In this document: positions 9,522 to 18,904 of the stretch, piece after piece
Position numbering within the stretch: position 1 is the stretch's first letter
Layout: each line of letters starts with the position of its first letter
Assembly (NCBI GenBank): GCA_035541355.1
Contig: DATKNN010000013.1
Coordinates: 80,922-144,921 of the forward strand
Direction of reading: 5' to 3'
From: Puia sp.
Lineage (GTDB): Bacteria > Bacteroidota > Bacteroidia > Chitinophagales > Chitinophagaceae
Length of the DNA stretch: 64,000 nt
Notes under the pieces: model-generated
What the model was told of the DNA's origin: nothing
Database searches by the model: none
The model's input: the letters and a program-made list of their open reading frames with translations, nothing else
Program-made: the position numbers and the translations under genes

Positions 9522-12299
9522 TTATTCTGCATAAAAATATCTCGACCTGTTCACTTTTAAATCCCTTAATATCCCTGCCTTAGGACTAATGGTAATATTG
9601 AAAGAACGGGTGTAGCCTATTGGAATGACATTAATGGCCATTTGCCAGCAATGCATATCTCTTGAAATAGACATAGAGAGAGAATTTATTTTCTGATTTT
9701 TTACGTCATAAAATGAACTCATGCTGAATTTCCACTTCGGAGTAAGGTTGAAGTCCCCGCTCCAATTCAGGCCCGAGTTAATCAGGGTTTGATATCCGGT
9801 CAGGTCTGTTTTTAATGTTCTGGTAAAGTTCAATGAAAAAGATAAATTCAGTGACCAGTCAATATTGAAATCTGCAAACTCTGCAGCATGTGTTGCTATG
9901 TAATTCATTTGAGCCTGTTGTTCCTCCATTGTTAATGGTATCTGGTTTTCCTGTTGTTTCTTTTTCTCCTCTTCTGCTTTTTGGTCTTTTGGCTTGGCTT
10001 TAAAGCTGGTTGAAATAGCAATATTGCCCTGGTCAATAGTTCCGAGTGAAAATTTTCCTTTTTGCTGCCAGGCATAAAAATTCTTCCTGTTATTGCCAAG
10101 AGAGTCTTTGACATAGGGGTCAAGTGTGGCTGAAGCGGTAATATTTATTTTCTGAAATAAAGTGCTTCTCAAATACAGGCTAATTGGTGACAACCGGTTA
10201 GAATCTGCGAGATAATTATAACTTCCATTAAAGCCAAAACCATCAATAAGTTTTATTTTCTTTATAGCCGATTCACTGGTATCTTTTTTTGACCGCACTT
10301 TCATTTCAAGTGTGTTATCAAAACCAAAACTCATTCCCCCAAAACGGCCTTCAGCAAACGAGCTATAGGTATTTCCCTGGAAATAAGAAACCCTTCTTTG
10401 ATGGCCTAGGCTATCATATGTTACCCAATAATAATCTTTTGATGTAAGATCTGGCTTATAGCTGAGGCTGAAGGTGGGCCTGATTACATGCCTGATGCCA
10501 AGTATATTGCTGTTTTTCCCGAATTTATTAAATGTACCAAACACAGCGGTACTTACGCTAAGGCTAAAAGACATATCGCTTTCCGTATAAAATCCTTTCT
10601 GAGCAGTAGTATCAATCTTATGTATTTTAGATGTGCCATCCCAGTTTGTCAATATTGTTTTTGCCTGGTACCAGTTTTGCTGAAAACTCACTCCTGGTGC
10701 AATTTGAAAAGGCCCCATCTGGGGCAGTGCCAACGAAATTGGAAGGCTGTGATGTGCACCCCATTGAAAAGTATCTATCAGTTTTTTTAAATTAAACAGC
10801 GAATCATAAATCCTTGCCTGGTTATTGAAACTTGTGTTCAAGCCAACACCTAATTTTTCATACCACTTTTGAGCGCCAACTACTTCCTTTTTCTGAAAAG
10901 GATAAAGGGTGGTAACAGTAAACCCCAAATTAGGCAAGGTGATCGTCATTGATCCGTCATTGCTGTTCTGGCTATGGTTACCACTTAAAGTAAGATTGTA
11001 TTTGCCATCTTTCCATGTTTTTGAATATGCAATTGAAGAACTGATACTGTTTGTATAATTAGCAGTAGGATTATTAAAAACAAACTGATTGTACTTGAGC
11101 GACTGCAAATTCACATTTGCAGAAAAATTAGTGCCAGGCCTGGCTTTACCATCAACAGTATGGCTCCATGTAAGCCGATAGGTTTTAGTATCCTGAAATT
11201 CATTAGTACCTATGCCCGTTGGATTCAATATTCTTGTTTTTTGTAAAGAAAAATCTAGGTGCCCGCGATACCTGTATCGAACAAGATATTCCGGATCAAC
11301 AAATACCGCCCAACCACCGTAGGAATATAAATTAGTACGAAAGGTTACATCAAAATTGTCGTTAATTACTTTATAATAACCCAATCCTTCAAGGCCGAGC
11401 CCAAACTGGTCGCTCGCCGTAAACTGCGGAGGCAGCAAACCTGAATGACGCCCCTGTACCAAAGGAAAGAAGCCGAAGGGTATATAAATGGGAAGGGGCA
11501 CTCCTTCAAATTCAGGATGGACAGGCCCCGTAATAGCAAATTTCTTATTAATGACTTTCATTTTGTTGGTACGAAACGCAAAATGAGGAGTATCGAGATT
11601 ACAGGTGGTAAACCTTCCGCGGGAAGCATAAAATTCCTCCGGTGCAATTTTTTTCAATTTTTCCTGATAAAAAAACATCTCACCGGATGTAGTATAACTA
11701 TTCTTCGTTATCCCCTTTTGATTTTTCAGATTATACACCATTGTATCCGATTCGATGGTATTATCGGCCTGCACCATTTTGGGCCTGCCAATCATTTTCC
11801 CGCTGGTATCAGTAGTATATGTGGCTACAACCACCTGCTTGTCCTGATCATATTCAATTTTGTAAGCACTCAGATCAAGGTCTTTTTGTTTGGCTGTGGC
11901 TTTATTAAACAGGGTGATTTTCTTGGAAGGCACCTCCATTACAATAGAATCCGAAGCGCTGTAAGTGATAGGGGCGTCCAGAGAATCCTTTGATACTTTA
12001 ATATTAAATGTATCTGTCTTCTCAATAGCGGTGTCTTTAAAAATGCTGTCTTTTATCGAAGTGTCCTTTACAGGATTGATTCCTGAAATACTGTCTTTTA
12101 CAGCTGGTGCAAGTGGTTTTGAAGTATCAGCAGCTACAGCAGTTAAGAATTTGCAAAAACATGGCGAATTTGAATAATTTGCCTCGCTGTAATGCGTTAC
12201 AGAAAAGAATAGCACAGTAAATATCAGCGCCGAAAAATATTTTGAGCTAATTTTGCGTCCGTTATTCATATTTTTATTAGCAGCGAACCGGTTTTCCAT
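9522..12299 (-). CDS. lptD: Putative LPS-assembly outer-membrane protein LptD (Bacteroidota type); true start may be 12269
   Basis: Signal peptide, FTTCNLDTPHF and TGP motifs, GRHSGLLPP, long beta-barrel, C-terminal RDMHCWQMAI...FNITI...ILRDLK. Confidence 0.88.
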   Translation of the reverse strand: MENRFAANKNMNNGRKISSKYFSALIFTVLFFSVTHYSEANYSNSPCFCKFLTAVAADTSKPLAPAVKDSISGINPVKDTSIKDSIFKDTAIEKTDTFNIKVSKDSLDAPITYSASDSIVMEVPSKKITLFNKATAKQKDLDLSAYKIEYDQDKQVVVATYTTDTSGKMIGRPKMVQADNTIESDTMVYNLKNQKGITKNSYTTSGEMFFYQEKLKKIAPEEFYASRGRFTTCNLDTPHFAFRTNKMKVINKKFAITGPVHPEFEGVPLPIYIPFGFFPLVQGRHSGLLPPQFTASDQFGLGLEGLGYYKVINDNFDVTFRTNLYSYGGWAVFVDPEYLVRYRYRGHLDFSLQKTRILNPTGIGTNEFQDTKTYRLTWSHTVDGKARPGTNFSANVNLQSLKYNQFVFNNPTANYTNSISSSIAYSKTWKDGKYNLTLSGNHSQNSNDGSMTITLPNLGFTVTTLYPFQKKEVVGAQKWYEKLGVGLNTSFNNQARIYDSLFNLKKLIDTFQWGAHHSLPISLALPQMGPFQIAPGVSFQQNWYQAKTILTNWDGTSKIHKIDTTAQKGFYTESDMSFSLSVSTAVFGTFNKFGKNSNILGIRHVIRPTFSLSYKPDLTSKDYYWVTYDSLGHQRRVSYFQGNTYSSFAEGRFGGMSFGFDNTLEMKVRSKKDTSESAIKKIKLIDGFGFNGSYNYLADSNRLSPISLYLRSTLFQKINITASATLDPYVKDSLGNNRKNFYAWQQKGKFSLGTIDQGNIAISTSFKAKPKDQKAEEEKKKQQENQIPLTMEEQQAQMNYIATHAAEFADFNIDWSLNLSFSLNFTRTLKTDLTGYQTLINSGLNWSGDFNLTPKWKFSMSSFYDVKNQKINSLSMSISRDMHCWQMAINVIPIGYTRSFNITISPKAGILRDLKVNRSRYFYAE

Positions 12300-12369
12300 A
12301 ATAACGAACCAGTGCTTGAAAACCTGTTTGCAATTAAAAAGCAGGGATGTTTACCTGCTTGCAATGTTA

Positions 12370-12377
12370 CAAAAATA
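12370..12377 (-). promoter_or_regulatory. Bacteroidota -7 promoter box upstream of lptD
   Basis: Minus strand TATTTTTG, ~70 nt upstream of the lptD ORF. Confidence 0.5.
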
Positions 12378-12435
12378 GATATTACTGCATTAAGATTTTG
12401 TGAAGATTACTAACCTTCAAACGACAGACAGGATA

Positions 12436-13410
12436 ATGAAAAAAATGGCTGCAATTTTAATTGTTATAGGAACGCTAAGTTCTTTTACTTTTACGACCGC
12501 AAATCAAAACCCTCCGAGAACAAATACGATACGCACCATCGTTATTGATCCGGGCCACAACGCTACCTTTCACGGAACCCGCGGGCTCATTTCCAAAGAA
12601 GAAGATGTTACGCTTGAAATAGGATTAAAGTTGGGTGAGGCAATAAAAAAAGAATTTCCTGACATTAAAGTAGTGTATACCAGAACAACAGAAGGAACAG
12701 TTAACAATGCAACAACTTTAAAGGAAGATCTTCATAACCGCGCCAATATAGCCAACCAGGCAAAAGGCGACCTTTTCATCAGCATACATTGTGATGCCAC
12801 ACCACAACCCCCCGGTGGCTATTATGCAAAACGGGTTATTGGGCACAAAAAAAAGCTGGAATATGTGGGCAAAGGAAAAAAGAAAAGGAAGAAATGGGTA
12901 ATGGCCCCCATTTATGAATCCTACTGGGTAAAGAACATGAGAACTGGCGCCTCAGTGCTTATTTGGAAGGCTGAAAAAACATCCAGCAAAATAAATGCTA
13001 TTAACAATACAGATGAAGGTGGTGGCGAAATGGAAGACAGTACCGTTGAATGGGATACCGAATCTCCCGAGGCTAAAATACGTGCACAGTTGTACGAACA
13101 AAAATATTTCATAAAAAGCGCTCAATTTGCACAAATGGTAGAAGATGAATTTCAAAAAGCCGGCCGTACGATTATCGGAGTTTATCAAAGAAGTGTGGGC
13201 ATACAGGTTCTGGAAGCAACAGGCATGCCCAGCGTGCTGATTGAAACAGGATACCTTACCAATAAAGAAGAGGAAGAATACCTCAACAGCGAAGACGGAC
13301 AAAATGAAGTGGTGAGGAATATTTTAGATGCATTTAAACATTACAAAGAAACCGTTGAAAAGGGCAAATCATCTGCCAGCGTTAATACCGACACATTGAA
13401 CCAAAAATAA
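12436..13410 (+). CDS. N-acetylmuramoyl-L-alanine amidase (Amidase_3)
   Basis: IVIDPGH, E in EEDVTL, SIHCD and LIETGY give the Zn ligands and catalytic Glu. Signal peptide starts at MKKMAAIL. Confidence 0.92.
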   Translation: MKKMAAILIVIGTLSSFTFTTANQNPPRTNTIRTIVIDPGHNATFHGTRGLISKEEDVTLEIGLKLGEAIKKEFPDIKVVYTRTTEGTVNNATTLKEDLHNRANIANQAKGDLFISIHCDATPQPPGGYYAKRVIGHKKKLEYVGKGKKKRKKWVMAPIYESYWVKNMRTGASVLIWKAEKTSSKINAINNTDEGGGEMEDSTVEWDTESPEAKIRAQLYEQKYFIKSAQFAQMVEDEFQKAGRTIIGVYQRSVGIQVLEATGMPSVLIETGYLTNKEEEEYLNSEDGQNEVVRNILDAFKHYKETVEKGKSSASVNTDTLNQK

Positions 13411-13497
13411 TCCTATTATTAAAAGTGAGTTACATAACGGCCATATGGCAGTAAGCCATTTTAACGCTATCTTCTGAACATCACTTCACAATTTTGC

Positions 13498-13505
13498 TAC
13501 ATTTG
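13498..13505 (+). promoter_or_regulatory. Bacteroidota -7 promoter box upstream of the MCE gene
   Basis: TACATTTG, an exact TAnnTTTG, 68 nt before the ATG. Confidence 0.55.
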
Positions 13506-13573
13506 TTGCTTCTTTGCATTTTTATGCTGAATTTTAAACAACGGAACACCTATTTTTTAATAAACACCAGTGA

Positions 13574-14563
13574 ATGAAAATTTCTAACGAAACAAAAATC
13601 GGTTCCCTGACCGCAATTTCCATAACACTGCTTATACTTGGTTTTAACTTTTTAAAAGGTAAAAAGGTTTTTGAACGCAGCAGGAAAATTTATGCAGTTT
13701 TTAAAAATGTGGAAGGTGTAGAAGTTTCAAACGCAGTAAAAATAAATGGCCTTTCCATAGGAAATGTTTCTGCTTTAAAAGAAACAGACAAAGACCTTCA
13801 AAGCATTTTAATAGAAATCAATCTTAAAAAAGATATCCATATTCCAAAAAATTCAGTAGCAGAAATACAAACCAGTTTATTAAACTCACCTGTTATTGTG
13901 ATTAGCAGGGGCAGCGGAGCAGATTATATTGAAGACGGAGACACGCTTGCAACCAGGGAAAGGCCCGGGCTCCTGGCATCAGTAGAAAGCAACATCAATC
14001 CCATTGTTGCAAAACTCAACGGAACGTTAACCTCTTTGGATTCATTAATTGAAGTGGTAGGCTCCATGTTCGACCCTAAAACAAAAAACAATTTTGGTGC
14101 CTTGCTCGCCAACCTGGCAGCATCTTCTGCATCTCTTCAGCAGATATTGAATACACAAACAGGAACATTGGCAAAATCGCTGAACAATGTTGATTCTTTT
14201 ACAAAAAATCTTTCAAAAAATAACGACAACATCAACGAAACGCTTTCCAACCTGAATAAAACCAGTGCGAAGCTTGCCAATTCCAAAATAGAAGAAACAG
14301 TGGAATCCATTCATTCTACAATGAGCGAATTAAATAAGACTATCGGCAAGATCAATAATGGCTCCGGATCATTGGGATTATTAGTGAATGACAAAAAACT
14401 GTACCTGAATCTGGAGAATACATCAAAAAGCCTTAACACCCTGCTTGATGATGTTCGCATGCACCCGAAACGTTATGTCAATATTTCTGTATTCGGCCGC
14501 AAAGATAAAAGCGGTCCGTTGATGAGCCCCCTTGGTGACTCTTCCTCAAAAACGGGCAACTAA
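13574..14563 (+). CDS. MlaD/MCE family protein
   Basis: MKISNETKIG N-terminus, single TM, GVEVSNAVKINGLSIGNV MCE motif, long helical tail ending DDVRMHPKRYVNISVFG. Confidence 0.92.
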   Translation: MKISNETKIGSLTAISITLLILGFNFLKGKKVFERSRKIYAVFKNVEGVEVSNAVKINGLSIGNVSALKETDKDLQSILIEINLKKDIHIPKNSVAEIQTSLLNSPVIVISRGSGADYIEDGDTLATRERPGLLASVESNINPIVAKLNGTLTSLDSLIEVVGSMFDPKTKNNFGALLANLAASSASLQQILNTQTGTLAKSLNNVDSFTKNLSKNNDNINETLSNLNKTSAKLANSKIEETVESIHSTMSELNKTIGKINNGSGSLGLLVNDKKLYLNLENTSKSLNTLLDDVRMHPKRYVNISVFGRKDKSGPLMSPLGDSSSKTGN

Positions 14564-14564
14564 A

Positions 14565-16724
14565 ATGAAGCGGATTGTTTTTCTGATATTTTTACTGGCA
14601 AGCTTTTTTATGTCCATTGCTCAGCAACCAGCTCAACCTGCGCCTGCAGAGAAAGACTCATTAGTTCCCTTGCATATTCTAAGAGCCGATAGGATAAGAG
14701 AAGAGACAAAAGATTCTGCAAAATATCAATCACTTATTGGCAATGTTCAGCTGCAGAAAGGAACTACACTCTTTTACTGCGATAGTGTAGTGATGAATAA
14801 CAAAGACAAGGTAATCGAAGCATTTGGAAAAGTACACATGAATGATTCAGATACCACCAATATTTTTTCAGATTACATGAAATATTTTGAGGACAAGAAA
14901 TATATAATATTCCAAAAGCGTGTGAAGATGACCGATGGAAAAGCGACCTTATACACTGACGACCTGGGATATGATATGAACCTCAAAATCGGCACTTATA
15001 ACAATGGTGGCAAGTTGATCAATAAATCCAGCACACTTACCAGTAAAGAAGGAGTTTATTATGCGGAAACCAAAGATGTGTATTTCAAAAAAGATGTTTA
15101 CCTGAAAGACCCGGCTTATGATCTAAAAACCGACTCATTATTATACAATACGGATGCACAGCTGGCTACTTTTATTACAGAAACATTAATAAAAGACAGC
15201 AGCGGCAGCACTATTGTTACGAGAGAAGGGAATTATGACCTCCGGAACCATAAAGCATTGTTTGGAAAAAGACCGACTATTAAACAAGGCTCGCAACGCA
15301 TTACTGGAGATCATGTAAATTTTGATGATTCTACCGGCATGAGTGTTGCCACAGGAAATGTTGTTTTTGTAGATACTGCAGAAAATATTTCTGTGATCGG
15401 GAATTATATGATCGCAAACAGAAAGACAAAAAACTTCCTGGCCACTGAAAACCCGCTGATGATTTTAAAACAGGAAGATGATTCCATTTATATTACTGCA
15501 GACACTTTGTTTTCAGGTAAACTCACAGATCTTATGTATGCCGATTCAATAAAAAAGCATAATGACAGTATAGTAGCCGAAAAGCTTCGCATTAAAGACA
15601 GCATTTACAATGATAGTGTGAAAATTGCTCAGAAGAAAATGAACGACTCACTGAATATAATCAATGAAATTATGGCAAAAGAAAACCAGAGAAAAAAAGA
15701 CAGTGCGGAACTGGCCCATATTGATATTTCAGATTCTGTTTTCCTTAAGGGAGTCATTGCACAACAAAATAGTTTAACACCTGCACCAGAAATAAAAAAA
15801 GGAAAAATAAAAAAGAACCTGGCAAAACCTCCTTTGCAAAAAGATGTGAAAAAAAATGAAATAGAAAACAAGCAAGTGCTGGCGAAACAAAGTGCAAATA
15901 TTTCTCCTCCGGAACAAGTTGATACTACAATTGCAAAAAAACAGCCATCCATAACCGATAGCTCAACAAACAATATTTTAGCCAGGATAGGAGCGAATGA
16001 TTCTTTTAAATCAGTCACTAAAACTGATTCTTCGGGAATACAAAAGGATACGGTTGCAAAAAATTACGCAGTAAGTATCCATCCTGAAAATGACAGCTCG
16101 AACCGCTATCTGCAGGCCTATCACCATGTACGCATTTTTTCCGATTCCCTCCAGGCTGTATCTGATAGTTTATTTTATTCAGCCAAAGATTCCGTTTTTC
16201 AGTTGTTTAGCAACCCGGTGGTATGGGCAAACGGAAGCCAGGTAACCGGCGATACCATTTACCTCTATACCAAAAATAAAAAAGCAAGCAGGCTATATGT
16301 TTTTGAAAACGGCCTTGCAGTAAATAAGGTAGGAGACAACCTTTTTAATCAAATTAAAGGAACAACTTTAAACGGTTATTTCAAAGATGGGGTTATTGAT
16401 TATATGCGTGCAAAAGGAAATGCAGAAAGCATCTATTATGCACAGGATGATAATAAAGCGTTTTTCGGAGTGAACCAGGCCAAGGCTGATATTATTGACA
16501 TGGTCTTTGTAAATAAGGAACTGAATAAAGTGATACTCCGCAGCGATGCAGATGGGACCATGTACCCGATAAAAAAAGTCAACTTCGACGATATGCGTTT
16601 ACGTAATTTCAAATGGCTTGAAGATAAAAGACCAAAATCAAAATACGAACTTTTTGAAAACAATAATCCCCGCAAAGAGGAAACGCCACAGCAAAATTCA
16701 CCAGCCGAAGAATTGAAAAATTAG
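14565..16724 (+). CDS. OstA-like periplasmic beta-jellyroll protein with a large low-complexity insert
   Basis: GNVQLQKGTTLFYCDS, EAFGKVHMND, LFSNPVVW and LRNFKW motifs of Bacteroidota OstA-like proteins. Starts 1 nt after the MCE stop. Confidence 0.85.
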   Translation: MKRIVFLIFLLASFFMSIAQQPAQPAPAEKDSLVPLHILRADRIREETKDSAKYQSLIGNVQLQKGTTLFYCDSVVMNNKDKVIEAFGKVHMNDSDTTNIFSDYMKYFEDKKYIIFQKRVKMTDGKATLYTDDLGYDMNLKIGTYNNGGKLINKSSTLTSKEGVYYAETKDVYFKKDVYLKDPAYDLKTDSLLYNTDAQLATFITETLIKDSSGSTIVTREGNYDLRNHKALFGKRPTIKQGSQRITGDHVNFDDSTGMSVATGNVVFVDTAENISVIGNYMIANRKTKNFLATENPLMILKQEDDSIYITADTLFSGKLTDLMYADSIKKHNDSIVAEKLRIKDSIYNDSVKIAQKKMNDSLNIINEIMAKENQRKKDSAELAHIDISDSVFLKGVIAQQNSLTPAPEIKKGKIKKNLAKPPLQKDVKKNEIENKQVLAKQSANISPPEQVDTTIAKKQPSITDSSTNNILARIGANDSFKSVTKTDSSGIQKDTVAKNYAVSIHPENDSSNRYLQAYHHVRIFSDSLQAVSDSLFYSAKDSVFQLFSNPVVWANGSQVTGDTIYLYTKNKKASRLYVFENGLAVNKVGDNLFNQIKGTTLNGYFKDGVIDYMRAKGNAESIYYAQDDNKAFFGVNQAKADIIDMVFVNKELNKVILRSDADGTMYPIKKVNFDDMRLRNFKWLEDKRPKSKYELFENNNPRKEETPQQNSPAEELKN

Positions 16725-16857
16725 CCTGAATTTATCGGCCATATGAATTCCCCGGCGCCATTTTGCCGCCGCGTAAGAAATAAACATTAAGAAAGTTCTA
16801 ACATAATCCCACTAATACATCAGGCATTTTTTTCGTTCCAAGAAAATAAATTTTTTT

Positions 16858-17319
16858 ATGCGTAAAATAACCATCACGATTATTTTAGTAACAGCATTTG
16901 GATTTTTTAATCACCTTTTCGCACAGGATTATAAAGTAGCCATTGGCTTACGCCTGAGCAGCGCAGCGCCAACACTCAGTAATTCGGTCAGCGTAAAATA
17001 TTTCATGAATGACCGAAATGCTATAGAAGGCCTCGTTTCATTTGGGCCTACCCGTTTTGGCATTGGCGGTTTGTTTGAAATTCATCAGCTTATAGGAAAT
17101 GTTCCGGCTTTCACGTGGTTTTATGGTGGTGGTGGTTATGTTGGTTTTCAAAGTGGTAATACCTATCTCGGTCCAACCGGAGTGGTTGGCCTCGATTATA
17201 AATTCCAGAACGCTCCGATCAACCTGTCGCTTGACTGGAAACCTGAACTTGATATTTTGCCCGGAATAAATTTTGTTCCGGATGCGTTTGCAGTAAGTGC
17301 AAGATTCACATTTAAATAA
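16858..17319 (+). CDS. Small outer-membrane beta-barrel protein, function unknown
   Basis: Signal peptide ending AQDY, alternating beta pattern, GLDYKF and LSLDWKP motifs, C-terminal ARFTFK. Confidence 0.8.
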   Translation: MRKITITIILVTAFGFFNHLFAQDYKVAIGLRLSSAAPTLSNSVSVKYFMNDRNAIEGLVSFGPTRFGIGGLFEIHQLIGNVPAFTWFYGGGGYVGFQSGNTYLGPTGVVGLDYKFQNAPINLSLDWKPELDILPGINFVPDAFAVSARFTFK

Positions 17320-17435
17320 TTTCAGTTTCGGGTTTTCTGTTCAAAATGCTTTGCTTCAGGGTGCAATAAAAATAAAACTACAATCAGTTTTGAATTTTAT
17401 AACCGCAAGCTAAAAATGAAAACAGGAAACTGTAT

Positions 17436-18671
17436 TTATCCATGATGAAAAAACAAATAAGAAATAACGATAGCCGTTATCACTCCTGCCAAATCAGCAA
17501 GCAATGCAGCAGGTACCGCATACCTGGTTTTTTTGATTCCCACTGAACCGAAATAAAGTGCAACAATATAAAACGTAGTATCTGATGACCCCTGCATCAC
17601 TCCTGAAACCAATGCAGGAAAAGAATCAGGTCCATATTGCTTCATAGTATCAAGCATCATTGCCCTGGATGCACTTCCGCTCAGCGGACGCATTAATGCA
17701 GTAGGTAATGCTTTCACAAAATCAGTATTCATACCCAATGAACCGAACAGCCAGGTGAAACTTTGAATAATATAATCAAATACACCACAGTTGCGCAACA
17801 CACTGATGGCAACAAGTATCCCCACCAGGAACGGAATGATTTTAATTGCTACATCAAAACCTTGCTTAGCACCATCAACGAATGCGTCGTACACATTTAT
17901 TTTTTTGATGACCCCGCCTATAATAAAAACGATAAACAAAATCAGGATAAGCCCGTTGCTGACTATTTTTGAAAAATGATCAATCTTATCCGGGTGGGTC
18001 CTGAAATAATACACCAATAGGCCAATGAGCAAACTAATACCCCCGATCCAGGAAACAACTACGTAATTAAAAATATTAATCCTTTGTTTGATCGCCACAA
18101 CTATTAACCCGGTAACTGTTCCCACAAATGTGGCAATCATGCAGGGAATAAAAATCAAAGTCGGGTCACTCGATTTCATAATAGCACGCTGGGCAATAAC
18201 ACTGATAGGTATCAACGTTAGCCCGGATGCATGCAACACCATAAACATGATTTGTGAGTTAGATGCGGTTTCTTTGTCAGGATTTAACTCATGAAGGCTT
18301 TGCATTGTCTTCAATCCAAACGGAGTAGCGGCATTGTCAAGGTTCAGCAGGTTGGCTGAAAAATTCATCATCATGTGACCAATAGCCGGATGATTTTTCG
18401 GCACTTCCGGAAAAAGACGATTAAAAAAAGGCCCGACTATCCGCGACAGAAAACCCACTGCGCCTGCTTTTTCCCCGATATTCATAAAACCGAGAAAAAG
18501 AGACATGACACCGATTAATCCAAAAGATATCTGTACACCTGTACCTGCGGCATCGAACACACCATCAATAATTGTTTTAAAAATATCAGCATCGCCAAAC
18601 ACCACCAGTTTTATCAAAGCGACAATAAATGCAACCAGAAAAAATGCTATCCAGATAAAATTTAAAGCCAT
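17436..18671 (-). CDS. Nucleoside-recognition (Gate) domain membrane protein, SpmA-SpmB fusion
   Basis: NFSANLLNLDNAATPFGLKTM, MRPLSGS and GSSDTTFYIVALYFGSVGIKKTRYA motifs. Start taken at MALNFIW. Confidence 0.9.
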   Translation of the reverse strand: MALNFIWIAFFLVAFIVALIKLVVFGDADIFKTIIDGVFDAAGTGVQISFGLIGVMSLFLGFMNIGEKAGAVGFLSRIVGPFFNRLFPEVPKNHPAIGHMMMNFSANLLNLDNAATPFGLKTMQSLHELNPDKETASNSQIMFMVLHASGLTLIPISVIAQRAIMKSSDPTLIFIPCMIATFVGTVTGLIVVAIKQRINIFNYVVVSWIGGISLLIGLLVYYFRTHPDKIDHFSKIVSNGLILILFIVFIIGGVIKKINVYDAFVDGAKQGFDVAIKIIPFLVGILVAISVLRNCGVFDYIIQSFTWLFGSLGMNTDFVKALPTALMRPLSGSASRAMMLDTMKQYGPDSFPALVSGVMQGSSDTTFYIVALYFGSVGIKKTRYAVPAALLADLAGVITAIVISYLFFHHG

Positions 18672-18871
18672 GACAGATAAATTCGCCAATGAAATTAATG
18701 ATGAAAAATAAGCAAAATAGTTTGGGCAACAATATTTCTTTCTCTCCATCCGGCTTCATCAGGCTAAAAATTTTGAAGCACATACCTGATGCCTCTGTAC
18801 AGATACAAATACGCCGTCAACAGCAAATCCGTAACATTCAATTATTGAGTGCTACTTACAATAAATCTGAT

Positions 18872-18879
18872 TACCTTTG
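18872..18879 (+). promoter_or_regulatory. Bacteroidota -7 promoter box of ychF
   Basis: TACCTTTG(CGGC), 25 nt before the ATG, with TTG ~25 nt further upstream. Confidence 0.7.
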
Positions 18880-18904
18880 CGGCTCAAAAAAATTCAGATT
18901 CAAC

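Noticed and set aside
18689-18904. 72-aa N-terminal extension of YchF given by the ORF track
   Set aside because: Homology starts at MGLQAGIVG (18905), and a canonical -7 promoter box lies inside the supposed extension. Similar over-long starts were trimmed for the amidase, the Spm protein, the TonB receptor, the TIM barrel and DUF1223.
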